Assembly: GCA_009602735.1 (NCBI GenBank)
Contig: WELA01001485.1
Coordinates: 124,001-188,000 of the forward strand
Source of the DNA: Mesotaenium endlicherianum
Taxonomy: Eukaryota
Length of the DNA stretch: 64,000 nucleotides
Direction: 5' to 3'
The translations under genes and the position numbers were made by a program. This document shows positions 21,673 through 31,240 of this stretch, in pieces; positions within the stretch are counted from its first letter, which is position 1, and the number at the start of each line of letters is the position of its first letter. Below the pieces are notes generated by a model. It was not told the DNA's origin and made no database searches. It saw only the letters and a list, made by a program, of their open reading frames with translations.

Positions 21673-21689
21673 GCTCTTTTATTCAGATA

Positions 21690-21744
21690 CAAAAGTAACA
21701 GGGCTTCACTGGAACTCCCCGCTTCCATTAACCTAAATTAACCT
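21690..21744 (-). promoter_or_regulatory. Promoter of the kinase-regulator pair with tandem direct repeat
   Basis: Minus-strand TACTTTTG at 21690-21697; ATTAACCT repeated at 21727 and 21737 (10-bp period). Confidence 0.55.
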
Positions 21745-21780
21745 TAGTGCAAGAATGCTTAACGCGGCGCTGTAGCGGGT

Positions 21781-22503
21781 CTATTTTGTGATACCCAATA
21801 ACTCTACTTCAAATATCAGTGTTGATCCCGGAGGAATGGCTCCGGCAGCCCTGTCGCCATAAGCCATATCCGAAGGAATATATAATTTCCATTTGCTGCC
21901 TACGGTCATCAGTTGCAATGCATCCTGCCATCCTTTGATCACTCTGTTCAGCGGAAAACTGATGGGCTCTCCTCTGTCTACAGAACTGTCGAATACGGTT
22001 CCGTTGATGAGGGTTCCATGGTAATGGCATTTCACCGTATCGCTCAGTGCAGGTTTAGCAGTGCCTGTGCCGGCTTTGATGATCTCATATTGTAGTCCGC
22101 TCGGCAATGTTACCACGCCCGACCGTTTGCCATTGGTTGTCAGGAATGTTTTCCCCTCTTGCTTAGCTACCGATGCTTTTTCAGCGCTTGCTTTTTGCTG
22201 GTAAGCGCCAATGCATGCGTCCAGCGCAGTTTCTTCGATCAGTATCTTTTTATTCTGCAATACATCTGCCATAGCTTTCTGTACCATTGACAGGTTCAGT
22301 TTGTCGAACCCGGAATTCTTCAGGTTCTGCGCAATCCGAACACCCAGCGCATAACTGGCGCTGTCTGTGCTTCCTTTGAAAGGATTAACCGTTGCGGTTG
22401 CTTTCGCAGGAGCTTTCTTTACAGTAGCAACAGGTTTTTTCACCTGTGCAAACATATTTACTACGCATAAGAGCGCGCCAGTCAGGATGATCGTTTTTTT
22501 CAT
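21781..22503 (-). CDS. FKBP-type peptidyl-prolyl cis-trans isomerase (FkpA/FklB-like)
   Basis: Signal peptide, SYALG, SGLQY, HYHGTL, FDSS, VIKGW, IPPGSTLIFEVEL. Confidence 0.94.
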   Translation of the reverse strand: MKKTIILTGALLCVVNMFAQVKKPVATVKKAPAKATATVNPFKGSTDSASYALGVRIAQNLKNSGFDKLNLSMVQKAMADVLQNKKILIEETALDACIGAYQQKASAEKASVAKQEGKTFLTTNGKRSGVVTLPSGLQYEIIKAGTGTAKPALSDTVKCHYHGTLINGTVFDSSVDRGEPISFPLNRVIKGWQDALQLMTVGSKWKLYIPSDMAYGDRAAGAIPPGSTLIFEVELLGITK

Positions 22504-22566
22504 TTGTATCATTTGAGAGATTCAAAACAACAATAATTATTTGATTGAGCCAAAAGCCATCGTCTT

Positions 22567-23901
22567 TTACCCTTTTATCAAGGTATCTACTGCCCTGTGT
22601 ACCTTTTCAAAACCAAATCCATCGATGGCTTCACGCATCATACCTGTTATTTTATCGTTACAAAGGTTGCCAATGCTGCCTTCATGCACATGGTTCAGTG
22701 CAGTAGAATAAGTAAATTTTCCTTCCTCGATATCCATGCCTATTTGTTTATATGCATCCCTGAAAGGAACGCCGCTGAGTACCAGTTTATTCACTTCTTC
22801 AACACTGAATGCATATTTGTATTTTTCATCTGCCAGTATATTTTCTTTTACACGGATATTATCCAGCATCAGCATAGCCATCTGTATGCAGTCTTTCAGC
22901 GTTTGAAAAGCCGGGAATAGGTGTTCTTTGAGCAGTTGCAGATCGCGGTGGTAACCGGAAGGCAGGTTCGCAGTCATGAGCATGATCTCATTGGGCAATG
23001 CTTTGATGCGATTGCAATGCGAGCGGATCAGTTCAAAAACATCCGGGTTCTTTTTATGCGGCATGATGCTCGATCCTGTGGTGAGCTCTGCCGGAAAACT
23101 GATGAAGTCGAAGTTCTGGTTCAGGTAGAGACAGGCATCCATACTCAGCCTCGCCAATGTATCGGCCAGGTTGGCCAGCGCCATAGCAGTAATGCGCTCG
23201 GCCTTACCTCTTCCCATTTGAGCATACACTACGTTATAATTCAGGTCGGCGAAGCCCAGCAATTGTGTGGTAAGCGTTCTGTTGATAGGGAAAGAAGAAC
23301 CATACCCTGCTGCAGAGCCTAACGGATTTTTGTTCACTACTTTAAATGCTGCCTGCAAGGTAGTCATATCATCTACCAGGCTTTCTGCGTAAGCGCCGAA
23401 CCAGAGTCCGAATGAAGAAGGCATGGCCAGTTGCAAATGGGTATAGCCTGGCAGCAGGTATTGTTTGAATTGTTCACTCTGTCTGATCAGCAGTTGAAAA
23501 AAAGGCTCAACTGCTTGCACCAGCATTTCAATTTCATGCCGCAGGTATAGTTTGATATCTAGCAGCACCTGGTCGTTGCGACTCCTGGCGCTGTGAATTT
23601 TTTTTCCGGCATCACCCAGTTTGCGGGTCAGTAACAATTCAACCTGTGAATGCACATCTTCAACACCTGCTTCAATCACAAATGATCCTTCTTTGCAGAG
23701 TGCATAAATCTTTTTCAATTCCTCGATCACCGCATCTGCCTCTGACCGGGTAAGCAACCCAACCGTTGCAAGCATTTTCACGTGGGCCATTGAGCCCAGT
23801 GTATCGAAAGGAGCCAGCAACAGATCGAATTCAGGATCTTTGCCAACGGTAAACTGCTCCACTGCACCCGATACACTCGTATTTTTTTGCCACAGTTTCA
23901 T
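22567..23901 (-). CDS. argH: Argininosuccinate lyase
   Basis: EDVH, ARSRNDQ, PGYTHLQ, TGSSIMPHKKNPD. Confidence 0.96.
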   Translation of the reverse strand: MKLWQKNTSVSGAVEQFTVGKDPEFDLLLAPFDTLGSMAHVKMLATVGLLTRSEADAVIEELKKIYALCKEGSFVIEAGVEDVHSQVELLLTRKLGDAGKKIHSARSRNDQVLLDIKLYLRHEIEMLVQAVEPFFQLLIRQSEQFKQYLLPGYTHLQLAMPSSFGLWFGAYAESLVDDMTTLQAAFKVVNKNPLGSAAGYGSSFPINRTLTTQLLGFADLNYNVVYAQMGRGKAERITAMALANLADTLARLSMDACLYLNQNFDFISFPAELTTGSSIMPHKKNPDVFELIRSHCNRIKALPNEIMLMTANLPSGYHRDLQLLKEHLFPAFQTLKDCIQMAMLMLDNIRVKENILADEKYKYAFSVEEVNKLVLSGVPFRDAYKQIGMDIEEGKFTYSTALNHVHEGSIGNLCNDKITGMMREAIDGFGFEKVHRAVDTLIKG

Positions 23902-23918
23902 TTGCGTAGTTTTATGTT

Positions 23919-24992
23919 TTACAAAAGCTGGTCCAGCAATTTTATGTACAAGTCAATTCCTTCTTCGATCTCCGCCAGGTAAATGTATTCATCGGCTGTA
24001 TGGCTTCTCGCAGAATCGCCGGGACCCATTTTCAATGTAGCAAAAGGCATCAGCGCCTTGTCTGAAGTCGTGGGCGATCCATAATAAGTTCTTCCCAGTT
24101 GCATACCTGCCTGCACCAGCGGATGATCCAATGCAATAGCAGTAGAGCGCATACGCAGACTCCTGGGTTGCACATCGCTTTGTATATGTGATCTGATGAT
24201 CTGCAGTATTTCTTCGAAGGTGTAACATTCATTCACCCGCACATCTACCACAAAATGACAGATCGGCGGCACCACATTGTGGGCTTTATTCTCTGTCTCT
24301 ATAACAGTAACCGTCATCTTCACCGGACCTAATAAAGATGATACTTTATCGAACCGGTAATCGCGGAACCAGGAGATATCGGTCAATGCTTTGTACAATG
24401 CATTTTCTCCTTCTTCTCTTGCAGCGTGACCGGCTTTGCCGGTAGCATGGCCATCAAGTACGAGCAAGCCCCGCTCCGCCACTGCCATTTGCATCTGTGT
24501 GGGTTCTCCTACAATACCGGCAGTGATCGGCGGCAGTTCAGGCACGAGCAATTCAATGCCGTTCTTTCCTGAAATCTCTTCTTCCGCAGTAGCGGCAAGT
24601 ACAATGTTGTACTTCAGATCCTTTCTGTTATAGTAATGAAGAAAAACAGCAATGAGCGACACCAATGAACCACCTGCATCATTGCTTCCCAGTCCAAACA
24701 ATTTGCCATCTTTCACGGCAGGTTCAAAAGGGTCTAGGGTATAGGCTTTGTTGGGCTTTACCGTATCATGGTGCGAGTTGAGCAACAAAGAAGGTTTGGC
24801 AGGATCAAAATGCTGGTTCTTTGCCCATACATTGTTCAAATGCCGGTGAGTAGTTACGCCTCTTTCCTGTAAAAACCGTTCCAACAGGTAAGCCGTCCGG
24901 TCTTCTTCCTTACTGAAAGAAGGAATGGCTATCAGTTGTTGTAACAACTCAACCGCTTGCTGTGTTAATATAGAAGATGGCTGGTTGCTCAT
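23919..24992 (-). CDS. argE: M20 deacylase (ArgE-type, likely N-succinyl/acetyl-citrulline deacylase)
   Basis: NSHHDTV, GLGSNDAG, EEE, GEPT, HTADEY; inside the arg operon. Confidence 0.8.
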   Translation of the reverse strand: MSNQPSSILTQQAVELLQQLIAIPSFSKEEDRTAYLLERFLQERGVTTHRHLNNVWAKNQHFDPAKPSLLLNSHHDTVKPNKAYTLDPFEPAVKDGKLFGLGSNDAGGSLVSLIAVFLHYYNRKDLKYNIVLAATAEEEISGKNGIELLVPELPPITAGIVGEPTQMQMAVAERGLLVLDGHATGKAGHAAREEGENALYKALTDISWFRDYRFDKVSSLLGPVKMTVTVIETENKAHNVVPPICHFVVDVRVNECYTFEEILQIIRSHIQSDVQPRSLRMRSTAIALDHPLVQAGMQLGRTYYGSPTTSDKALMPFATLKMGPGDSARSHTADEYIYLAEIEEGIDLYIKLLDQLL

Positions 24993-24995
24993 AAA

Positions 24996-25781
24996 TTATT
25001 CCATTTGAATGGCAGTACCCGCTTCTCCGGCTACCAGTTGCGTGAGTTGTTCCGCTTTGCCGATGATCACTTTATGAACACCCTTTTGCAAGGCAGCGAA
25101 AGCATTGTCGAGCTTGGGTATCATGCCCGCAAAGATCAGTTCTTTTGCTTTGAGTTCACTATAATAGCCCGGATTGATCTTACTGATAACAGTAGCATCA
25201 TCATTGGCATCAAACAGCACCCCACTTTTTTCGAATGAATAGATCAATTCTACCTGGTACAGGCTGCTCATGGAGCGGGCCATTTCCTGGGCGATGGTAT
25301 CTGCATTGGTATTCAGCAATTGTCCCTTTTGATCGTGTGTGATGGGGGCCGCTACGATCGCTACCTGTTGTTGCAGCAGCGCATGCACGAGTGATACATT
25401 CACTGCATCTACATCGCCTACAAAACCATAATCGATGCTGGGATGTTGTCTTTTGTGGGCCAGCATAATATTGCCATCTGCCCCGCTCAGTCCAATAGCA
25501 TTGCAATGATTCGCCTGTAACTGCGCTACAATGTTTTTATTGATATAGCCGGCATACACCATGGTTACGATCTTCAGCGTCTCGGCGTCGGTGATCCGTC
25601 TGCCATCTATCATCTGTTGCTCAACACCCAGCTGGGCCGCCAGTTTTGTTGCCAGCTTGCCTCCTCCGTGCACCAATATCTTATGTCCTTTCAATGAGGC
25701 AAAATCTTTCAGGAACGATTCAAGTTTTTGCTCATCATCTATAATGTTTCCGCCGATCTTGATCACATAGAGTTTTTCCAT
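24996..25781 (-). CDS. argB: Acylglutamate kinase
   Basis: VIKIGG, VHGGG, GRRITD, NTNADT, GMIPKL. Confidence 0.94.
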   Translation of the reverse strand: MEKLYVIKIGGNIIDDEQKLESFLKDFASLKGHKILVHGGGKLATKLAAQLGVEQQMIDGRRITDAETLKIVTMVYAGYINKNIVAQLQANHCNAIGLSGADGNIMLAHKRQHPSIDYGFVGDVDAVNVSLVHALLQQQVAIVAAPITHDQKGQLLNTNADTIAQEMARSMSSLYQVELIYSFEKSGVLFDANDDATVISKINPGYYSELKAKELIFAGMIPKLDNAFAALQKGVHKVIIGKAEQLTQLVAGEAGTAIQME

Positions 25782-25786
25782 GGTGC

Positions 25787-26752
25787 TTATTTTCCCGATT
25801 GTAATAATTCTGCCAGGACTGCCTGTGCAGCCCATACCCTGTTACCGGCTTGTTGTGTTACCAGGCTGTGTGCACTGTCGAGTATTTCATCGCTCAATTC
25901 CACATTCCTTCTTACGGGCAGGCAATGCATCACTTTTGCATTGTTGCTGGCTTTCAGCTTTTCTTCTGTCAGCATCCATGCCGGATCGTTCTCATAGATC
26001 TTACCATAATCGATATAAGTGCTCCAGTTCTTTACATAAACATAATCTGCATCTTTCAATGCTGCATCCTGGTCATGTGTAATGACAGCTCCTTTGGTGA
26101 ACTGCTCTGCGAGTTCATAATCCTGCGGATGGGTGATGACAAAATCGGCTTCTCCCCATGCATTTATCCATTGGGAAAAACTATTTGCTACACATTGTGG
26201 CAGTGGTTTTACATGTGGCGCCCAGGTGAGTACGATCCTGGGTTTGCGTTTCGCATTTTGTGCCCGGTAATGTTCCTGTATGGTAATGATGTCTGTCAAC
26301 GATTGCAAAGGATGCAGTGTAGCGCTTTCCAAACTTACAACAGGTACGCCAGCATATTTGATGAACTGGTGGATGAACATTTCGCTGTAATCCTCTTCCC
26401 GGTTTTTAAGGGAAGGAAAAGTGCGGATGCACAGGATATCAAAATACTGCCCCAGTATCGGAGCCGCATCCTTGATGTGTTCTACCGTGTTACCACTCAT
26501 GATAGCGCCTTCTTCAAACTCCAGTGCCCATCCTTCTTTATCTACGTTGAACACAATGGCTTCCATGCCCAGGTTGCGCGCAGCCACCTGTGTACTCAAA
26601 CGCGTACGCAGACTGGGATTCAGAAACAATAAACCAATTCGTTTATCCGCTCCGAGCTGTCTGTCGGCAAAAGGGTTTTCCTTATATGCCAACGCTTTTT
26701 CAACGAGCGCATTGATATTGGGAACATCATGAACGGAGATAAACTGTTTCAT
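25787..26752 (-). CDS. argF: N-acylornithine carbamoyltransferase (ArgF', likely N-succinylornithine-specific)
   Basis: SLRT, HPLQ, WAPH..PLPQ, KNWS and HCLPVRRN motifs of the AOTCase/SOTCase clade. Confidence 0.9.
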   Translation of the reverse strand: MKQFISVHDVPNINALVEKALAYKENPFADRQLGADKRIGLLFLNPSLRTRLSTQVAARNLGMEAIVFNVDKEGWALEFEEGAIMSGNTVEHIKDAAPILGQYFDILCIRTFPSLKNREEDYSEMFIHQFIKYAGVPVVSLESATLHPLQSLTDIITIQEHYRAQNAKRKPRIVLTWAPHVKPLPQCVANSFSQWINAWGEADFVITHPQDYELAEQFTKGAVITHDQDAALKDADYVYVKNWSTYIDYGKIYENDPAWMLTEEKLKASNNAKVMHCLPVRRNVELSDEILDSAHSLVTQQAGNRVWAAQAVLAELLQSGK

Positions 26753-26777
26753 TGTTATGGTATTATGCGGGGTATTG

Positions 26778-27938
26778 TTATGCGTTTTCTGTTGCATGCG
26801 CTGTTATTTCAGCGATGACTTCTTTCAATACGTCCAGGAATTCATCTACCTGTTTGCGTGTGATGGCCAAAGAAGGCAGCAGGCGGATCACATTCGGCTT
26901 GGCTTCTCCGGTAAACACGTTGTGGTCGAATAATAATTTTTTCTTCAGGTCTTTCAATGCTTCCGGCACATCAAATCCAATCATCAATCCGCGGCCGCGT
27001 ACATTCTGCAAGCCTTCGATGGCTTTCAACCTGTTGAGCAGGTATTGTCCTCTTTGCTTTGCCACATCTATCAACTGGTCTTGCTGTATCACTTCCAGCA
27101 CCGCCAGCGCTGCTGCGCAAGCCAATTGGTTCCCGCCAAAAGTAGTGCCCAGCATGCCGTACTTGGGTTGTATATGTGGTGCTATTAATATGCCGCCTAT
27201 AGGAAATCCATTGCCCATACCTTTGGCCATGGAATAAATATCTGCATTCACACCGGCATAGTCGTGCGAGAAGAACATACCGCTTCTGCCATAACCGCAT
27301 TGCACGCTATCAGCAATATATACCGCACCATATTCGTCGCACAATTGCCTGATCAATTTCAAAAAAGATTCATCGGCAATATTAATACCGCCTACACCCT
27401 GGATCCCTTCAATGATCACAGCAGCGATCTCCTTTCCTTCTTTTGCAAAACAATCCTGCAATGCCTGCTGATCGTTAAACGGAAGAAAAATGATATTATC
27501 TGTCTCATTCACCGGTGCAACGATCGATTTGTTATCGGTAGCAGCCACTGCCAGTGAAGTCCTTCCATGGAATGATTTACTGAAAGCGATTATCTTTTTT
27601 CTTCCCGTATGAAAAGATGCCAGCTTCAACGCATTCTCATTGGCTTCTGCGCCACTATTGCAAAGGAAGAGCTGGTAATCCTGTTTGCCGCTCACTTCTC
27701 CTAATTTTTTAGCCAGTTCCAGCTGAATAGGAATATGAATGGAGTTGGAATAAAAAGCGATCTTTTCCAGTTGATCTTCTATTCGGCGCACCCAGTGCGG
27801 ATGTGTATGTCCGATACTGATAACGGCATGGCCGCCATACATGTCTAAATACTGTACACCGTTCTCATCCCATACATAAGACCCCTGGGCCTTGGTGATG
27901 GTGATGTTGTTGAGGGGATAAACGTCGAATAATTTCAT
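26778..27938 (-). CDS. argD: Acylornithine aminotransferase
   Basis: NSGAEANE, SFHGRT, EGIQGVGG, DSVQCG, AKGMGNGFPIG, TTFGGN. Confidence 0.92.
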   Translation of the reverse strand: MKLFDVYPLNNITITKAQGSYVWDENGVQYLDMYGGHAVISIGHTHPHWVRRIEDQLEKIAFYSNSIHIPIQLELAKKLGEVSGKQDYQLFLCNSGAEANENALKLASFHTGRKKIIAFSKSFHGRTSLAVAATDNKSIVAPVNETDNIIFLPFNDQQALQDCFAKEGKEIAAVIIEGIQGVGGINIADESFLKLIRQLCDEYGAVYIADSVQCGYGRSGMFFSHDYAGVNADIYSMAKGMGNGFPIGGILIAPHIQPKYGMLGTTFGGNQLACAAALAVLEVIQQDQLIDVAKQRGQYLLNRLKAIEGLQNVRGRGLMIGFDVPEALKDLKKKLLFDHNVFTGEAKPNVIRLLPSLAITRKQVDEFLDVLKEVIAEITAHATENA

Positions 27939-27949
27939 TGTCGTCCTTA

Positions 27950-28930
27950 TTAAAAATAGTTTGCTTTTAATTTAAGTCCTGCTGTTTCATCCAGTCCGAA
28001 TAACAGGTTCATGTTCTGCACCGCCTGCCCGCTGGCTCCTTTCAGCAGGTTATCCGATGCGGAGTGTACCGCTATCTTGTTACCTTGTTTTTCAATATGC
28101 AACAGGCATTTGTTGGTATTCACCACCTGCTTCAGATCAATCATGGTGTCGCTTACATGCGTAAAAGCGGCGTCCTTGTAAAAATTTTTGTACAGTTGTT
28201 TTATTTCTTCAATCGGAGACGCACAATCGATCACCGAAGTAACATAGATACCTCTTGTAAAGTCTCCTCTCCAGGGAACGAAGTGTACATCTGCCGCATC
28301 ATTGCCTTGCAATTGTTGCAGGCTTTGACGTATTTCTTTGATATGCTGGTGCTGCAACGTTTTGTAAGCTTGTACATTGTTCGCTCTCCAGCTGAAATGT
28401 GACGTAGTGCTCAATCCCTGTCCTGCGCCTGTTGATCCGGTGATACCGGTAGTATATACATCACGCAGTAAACCTGCTTTGGCCAACGGCAACAGACCCA
28501 ATTGAATGGTAGTAGCAAAACAACCCGGGTTGGCAATATTAGCCGCTGTTTTGATCTGCGTTTTGTTCATCTCCGGCAGTCCGTAAACAAATTGTCTGTT
28601 GCCGATCGAGGCATGCGCTGCCAGCCTGAAGTCCTGTGAAAGATCAATCACTTTTATCTTTTCAGCTACAGGATTTTGTTCCAGGAATTTCCTCGCATCG
28701 CCATGTCCCACACAAAGGAACAGCACATCGATGTCATCGCTTAGTGTGCCGGTGAATTGTAAGTCTGTTTCACCTACCAGGTCGGCATGCACTTTACTCA
28801 CAGGATTACCTGCGTTACTGGTACTGTGTATGAATGCTACCTCAACATTCGGATGGTTGATCAGCAGGCGTATCATTTCCCCGCCCGTATATCCTGCTCC
28901 TCCTACTATGCCTGCTTTGATCTTTTTCAT
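27950..28930 (-). CDS. argC: N-acyl-gamma-glutamyl-phosphate reductase
   Basis: GGAGYTG, YGLPE, IANPGCFAT, DNLLKGASGQAVQNMN. Confidence 0.96.
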   Translation of the reverse strand: MKKIKAGIVGGAGYTGGEMIRLLINHPNVEVAFIHSTSNAGNPVSKVHADLVGETDLQFTGTLSDDIDVLFLCVGHGDARKFLEQNPVAEKIKVIDLSQDFRLAAHASIGNRQFVYGLPEMNKTQIKTAANIANPGCFATTIQLGLLPLAKAGLLRDVYTTGITGSTGAGQGLSTTSHFSWRANNVQAYKTLQHQHIKEIRQSLQQLQGNDAADVHFVPWRGDFTRGIYVTSVIDCASPIEEIKQLYKNFYKDAAFTHVSDTMIDLKQVVNTNKCLLHIEKQGNKIAVHSASDNLLKGASGQAVQNMNLLFGLDETAGLKLKANYF

Positions 28931-28933
28931 GGT

Positions 28934-30127
28934 TTACCGGTTGCTTTCTTTTACGTTATGATAGATGGAAGTCTGGTTGCCGAAGATCTTTGAGAAACCT
29001 CTCACGTCTTCACCCGTCCAGCCATTGTTCATCTCTCCGTATTTACCAAACTTGCTGCTCATCAGGTCGTATTTCGATTCGATGCCGATGATTTGGAAAT
29101 GATACGGATGCAATTGTACAAATACATCGCCTGTAACATTGGCTTGTGAATTTTCCAGGTATGCTTCAATATCCCGCATCACCGGGTCGAGTATTTGTCC
29201 CTCATGCAGCCAGTTGCCATAAAACTGCGCCAGCTGGTCTTTCCAGCTCAGTTGCCACTTGGTTAATACATGCTTTTCCAGTGCATGATGTGCTTTCAGG
29301 ATCACCATGGGCGCGGCAGCTTCAAAACCAACGCGGCCTTTGATGCCAATAATGGTATCGCCCACATGTATATCCCTGCCCACGCCATAAGGACCGGCAA
29401 TGGTTTGCAGGTATTGAATGGCTTGAGCAGGATGATCGAATGATTGATCATTCACAGTTCTCAATTCTCCTTTTACAAAGCCCAGCTTCACTTCTTCAGA
29501 ACCGGTTTTAGTAACCTGTGTAGGCCAGGCTTCTTCAGGCAACAGGCCTTTCGACTGCAAGGTTTCCCTTCCGCCTACGCTCGTGCCCCACAACCCTTTA
29601 TTGATGGAGTAAGCTGCTTTGGTAAAATTCATTTCAACACCTTTCGATTTCAGGTATTCGATCTCTTCTTCCCTGCTCAGTCGCAGGTCTCTTATAGGCG
29701 TAATAATTTCCACACCGGGGATCATGATGTTGAAGATCATATCAAACCTTACCTGGTCGTTACCCGCACCTGTACTTCCATGAACCACTGCAACAGCGTT
29801 CAGCTTTTTGGCGTGCTCGGCAATATGCAGGGCTTGGCTCAATCGTTCGGCGCTCACACTGAGCGGGTAAGTATTGTTCTTGAGCACATTACCAAATACC
29901 AGGTATTTAATGATGCTTTCGTAATAACTGTTTACAGCATTGACTGTGGTATGTGTTTTCACACCCAGCTTGTAAGCATGCTGTTCTATATGCTGTAACT
30001 CGGCTTCGTTGAAACCGCCGGTATTCACAATTACGCTGTGTACTTCATATCCCTTCTCATCTGTCAGGTATTTTACACAATACGAAGTATCGAGGCCGCC
30101 ACTGAATCCGAGAACTACTTTTTGCAT
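28934..30127 (-). CDS. argG: Argininosuccinate synthase
   Basis: FSGGLDTS, HGSTGAGNDQVRF, GIKGRVGFEA. Confidence 0.96.
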   Translation of the reverse strand: MQKVVLGFSGGLDTSYCVKYLTDEKGYEVHSVIVNTGGFNEAELQHIEQHAYKLGVKTHTTVNAVNSYYESIIKYLVFGNVLKNNTYPLSVSAERLSQALHIAEHAKKLNAVAVVHGSTGAGNDQVRFDMIFNIMIPGVEIITPIRDLRLSREEEIEYLKSKGVEMNFTKAAYSINKGLWGTSVGGRETLQSKGLLPEEAWPTQVTKTGSEEVKLGFVKGELRTVNDQSFDHPAQAIQYLQTIAGPYGVGRDIHVGDTIIGIKGRVGFEAAAPMVILKAHHALEKHVLTKWQLSWKDQLAQFYGNWLHEGQILDPVMRDIEAYLENSQANVTGDVFVQLHPYHFQIIGIESKYDLMSSKFGKYGEMNNGWTGEDVRGFSKIFGNQTSIYHNVKESNR

Positions 30128-30150
30128 GGTATAACTGGTTTTGAAAATAA

Positions 30151-30855
30151 TTAAAGGTGAAAGAAATAATGAAACAATGATTTGGGTTTACCCGAAGAAC
30201 CGGAGCTCTCTTTTCTCTTGAAAAAACTCAGCAACCGGCTTTGCTTGATCTTCATGAACCTTTCCCAGAGCTTGGAATGCTTATTGAATTCCTGTGTGGT
30301 CTCTTCCGGCGTATAATGATCGGCCGGATCGTATAACATGGCTGTGCACATACAATTCTTCCTGTCTTTACTCATCAGGATATCGTAGTTCACGCAGCTC
30401 TTACAGCCTGCCCAGAATTCTTCATCATCTGTCAGTTCACTGTAGGTAACGGGCTCGTAACCCAGTTCGCTGTTGATCTTCATCACAGCAAGTCCGGTGG
30501 TTAACCCAAATATTTTGGCCTTCGGGTATTTTTCCCTCGACAGGTTGAAGATGGTTCTCTTGATGAGCTTGGCTACGCCGCTTTTCCTGAATGCGGGCGC
30601 CACGATGAGGCCGCTGTTGGCAACGAACTCGTCATGCCCCCAGGCTTCTATATAGCAGAACCCCACCCAGGTGCCATCTGGCAAGAGGGCAATGACGGCT
30701 TTGCCTTCCGTCATTTTCTGCGCAACATAATCCGGACTGCGTTTGGCAATACCCGTACCACGCGCTTTTGCAGAAGCTTCCATCTCATCAGTGATGGTTT
30801 GCGCGTAGTGTGTGTCGCCACCATTGGCTACACGGACAATAATATTTTGTTCCAA
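30151..30855 (-). CDS. GNAT-family acyltransferase, probable short ArgA-type glutamate N-acyltransferase
   Basis: RGTGIAKRSP, GFCYIE.W, VANSGLIV...R..G.A, FW.GC..C..Y; first gene of the arg operon; start taken at TTG 30855. Confidence 0.75.
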   Translation of the reverse strand: MEQNIIVRVANGGDTHYAQTITDEMEASAKARGTGIAKRSPDYVAQKMTEGKAVIALLPDGTWVGFCYIEAWGHDEFVANSGLIVAPAFRKSGVAKLIKRTIFNLSREKYPKAKIFGLTTGLAVMKINSELGYEPVTYSELTDDEEFWAGCKSCVNYDILMSKDRKNCMCTAMLYDPADHYTPEETTQEFNKHSKLWERFMKIKQSRLLSFFKRKESSGSSGKPKSLFHYFFHL

Positions 30856-30953
30856 CTTGCGAAAATTAATAACGTGAAAAAGAAACGCTGCTCTTGTCGA
30901 AGAATTCCGGGGGATTTTCCACTGATAGGGGCAAGTGCCAGTTGCTCGTCCTA

Positions 30954-31058
30954 TCAGCAACCACGTCGGGGGAAGGAAATAAAAGCGGCTTCCACTGAAC
31001 CCACCCTTAACGGGGAATTCAATGAAACTAAATTAATATGTGTAATTGCCTGCTTCAC
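30954..31058 (-). CDS. Putative arg-operon leader peptide (34 aa)
   Basis: GTG-start ORF MKQAITHINLVSLNSPLRVGSVEAAFISFPRRGC*, with CGA-CGT at codons 31-32; stop codon lies within a hairpin arm. Confidence 0.6.
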   Translation of the reverse strand: MKQAITHINLVSLNSPLRVGSVEAAFISFPRRGC

Positions 31059-31180
31059 TTTGCAATATCTTTTCAGTGATTTGAAGGTGTAAAATTAGTA
31101 TAGTTTACAATAAATACCCTCAATTTTTTATGAAAATTTGGTTAAGCTCGGTCATTCGAGGCACTTACGGCTGTTAGCAT

Positions 31181-31212
31181 AAAAAAGGCCACCCCGTCTT
31201 TCAGGGATGGCC
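31181..31212 (-). terminator. Rho-independent terminator of the outer-membrane protein gene
   Basis: Minus strand GGCCATCCC-tgaaagac-GGGGTGGCC-TTTTTT. Confidence 0.85.
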
Positions 31213-31240
31213 ACCATTTATACCAAGCAATAACAAACTA

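Noticed and set aside
30856..30960. N-terminal extension of the GNAT ORF in the track (start 30960)
   Set aside because: Overlaps the leader stop and hairpin; family-like sequence begins at LEQNIIVR (TTG 30855).
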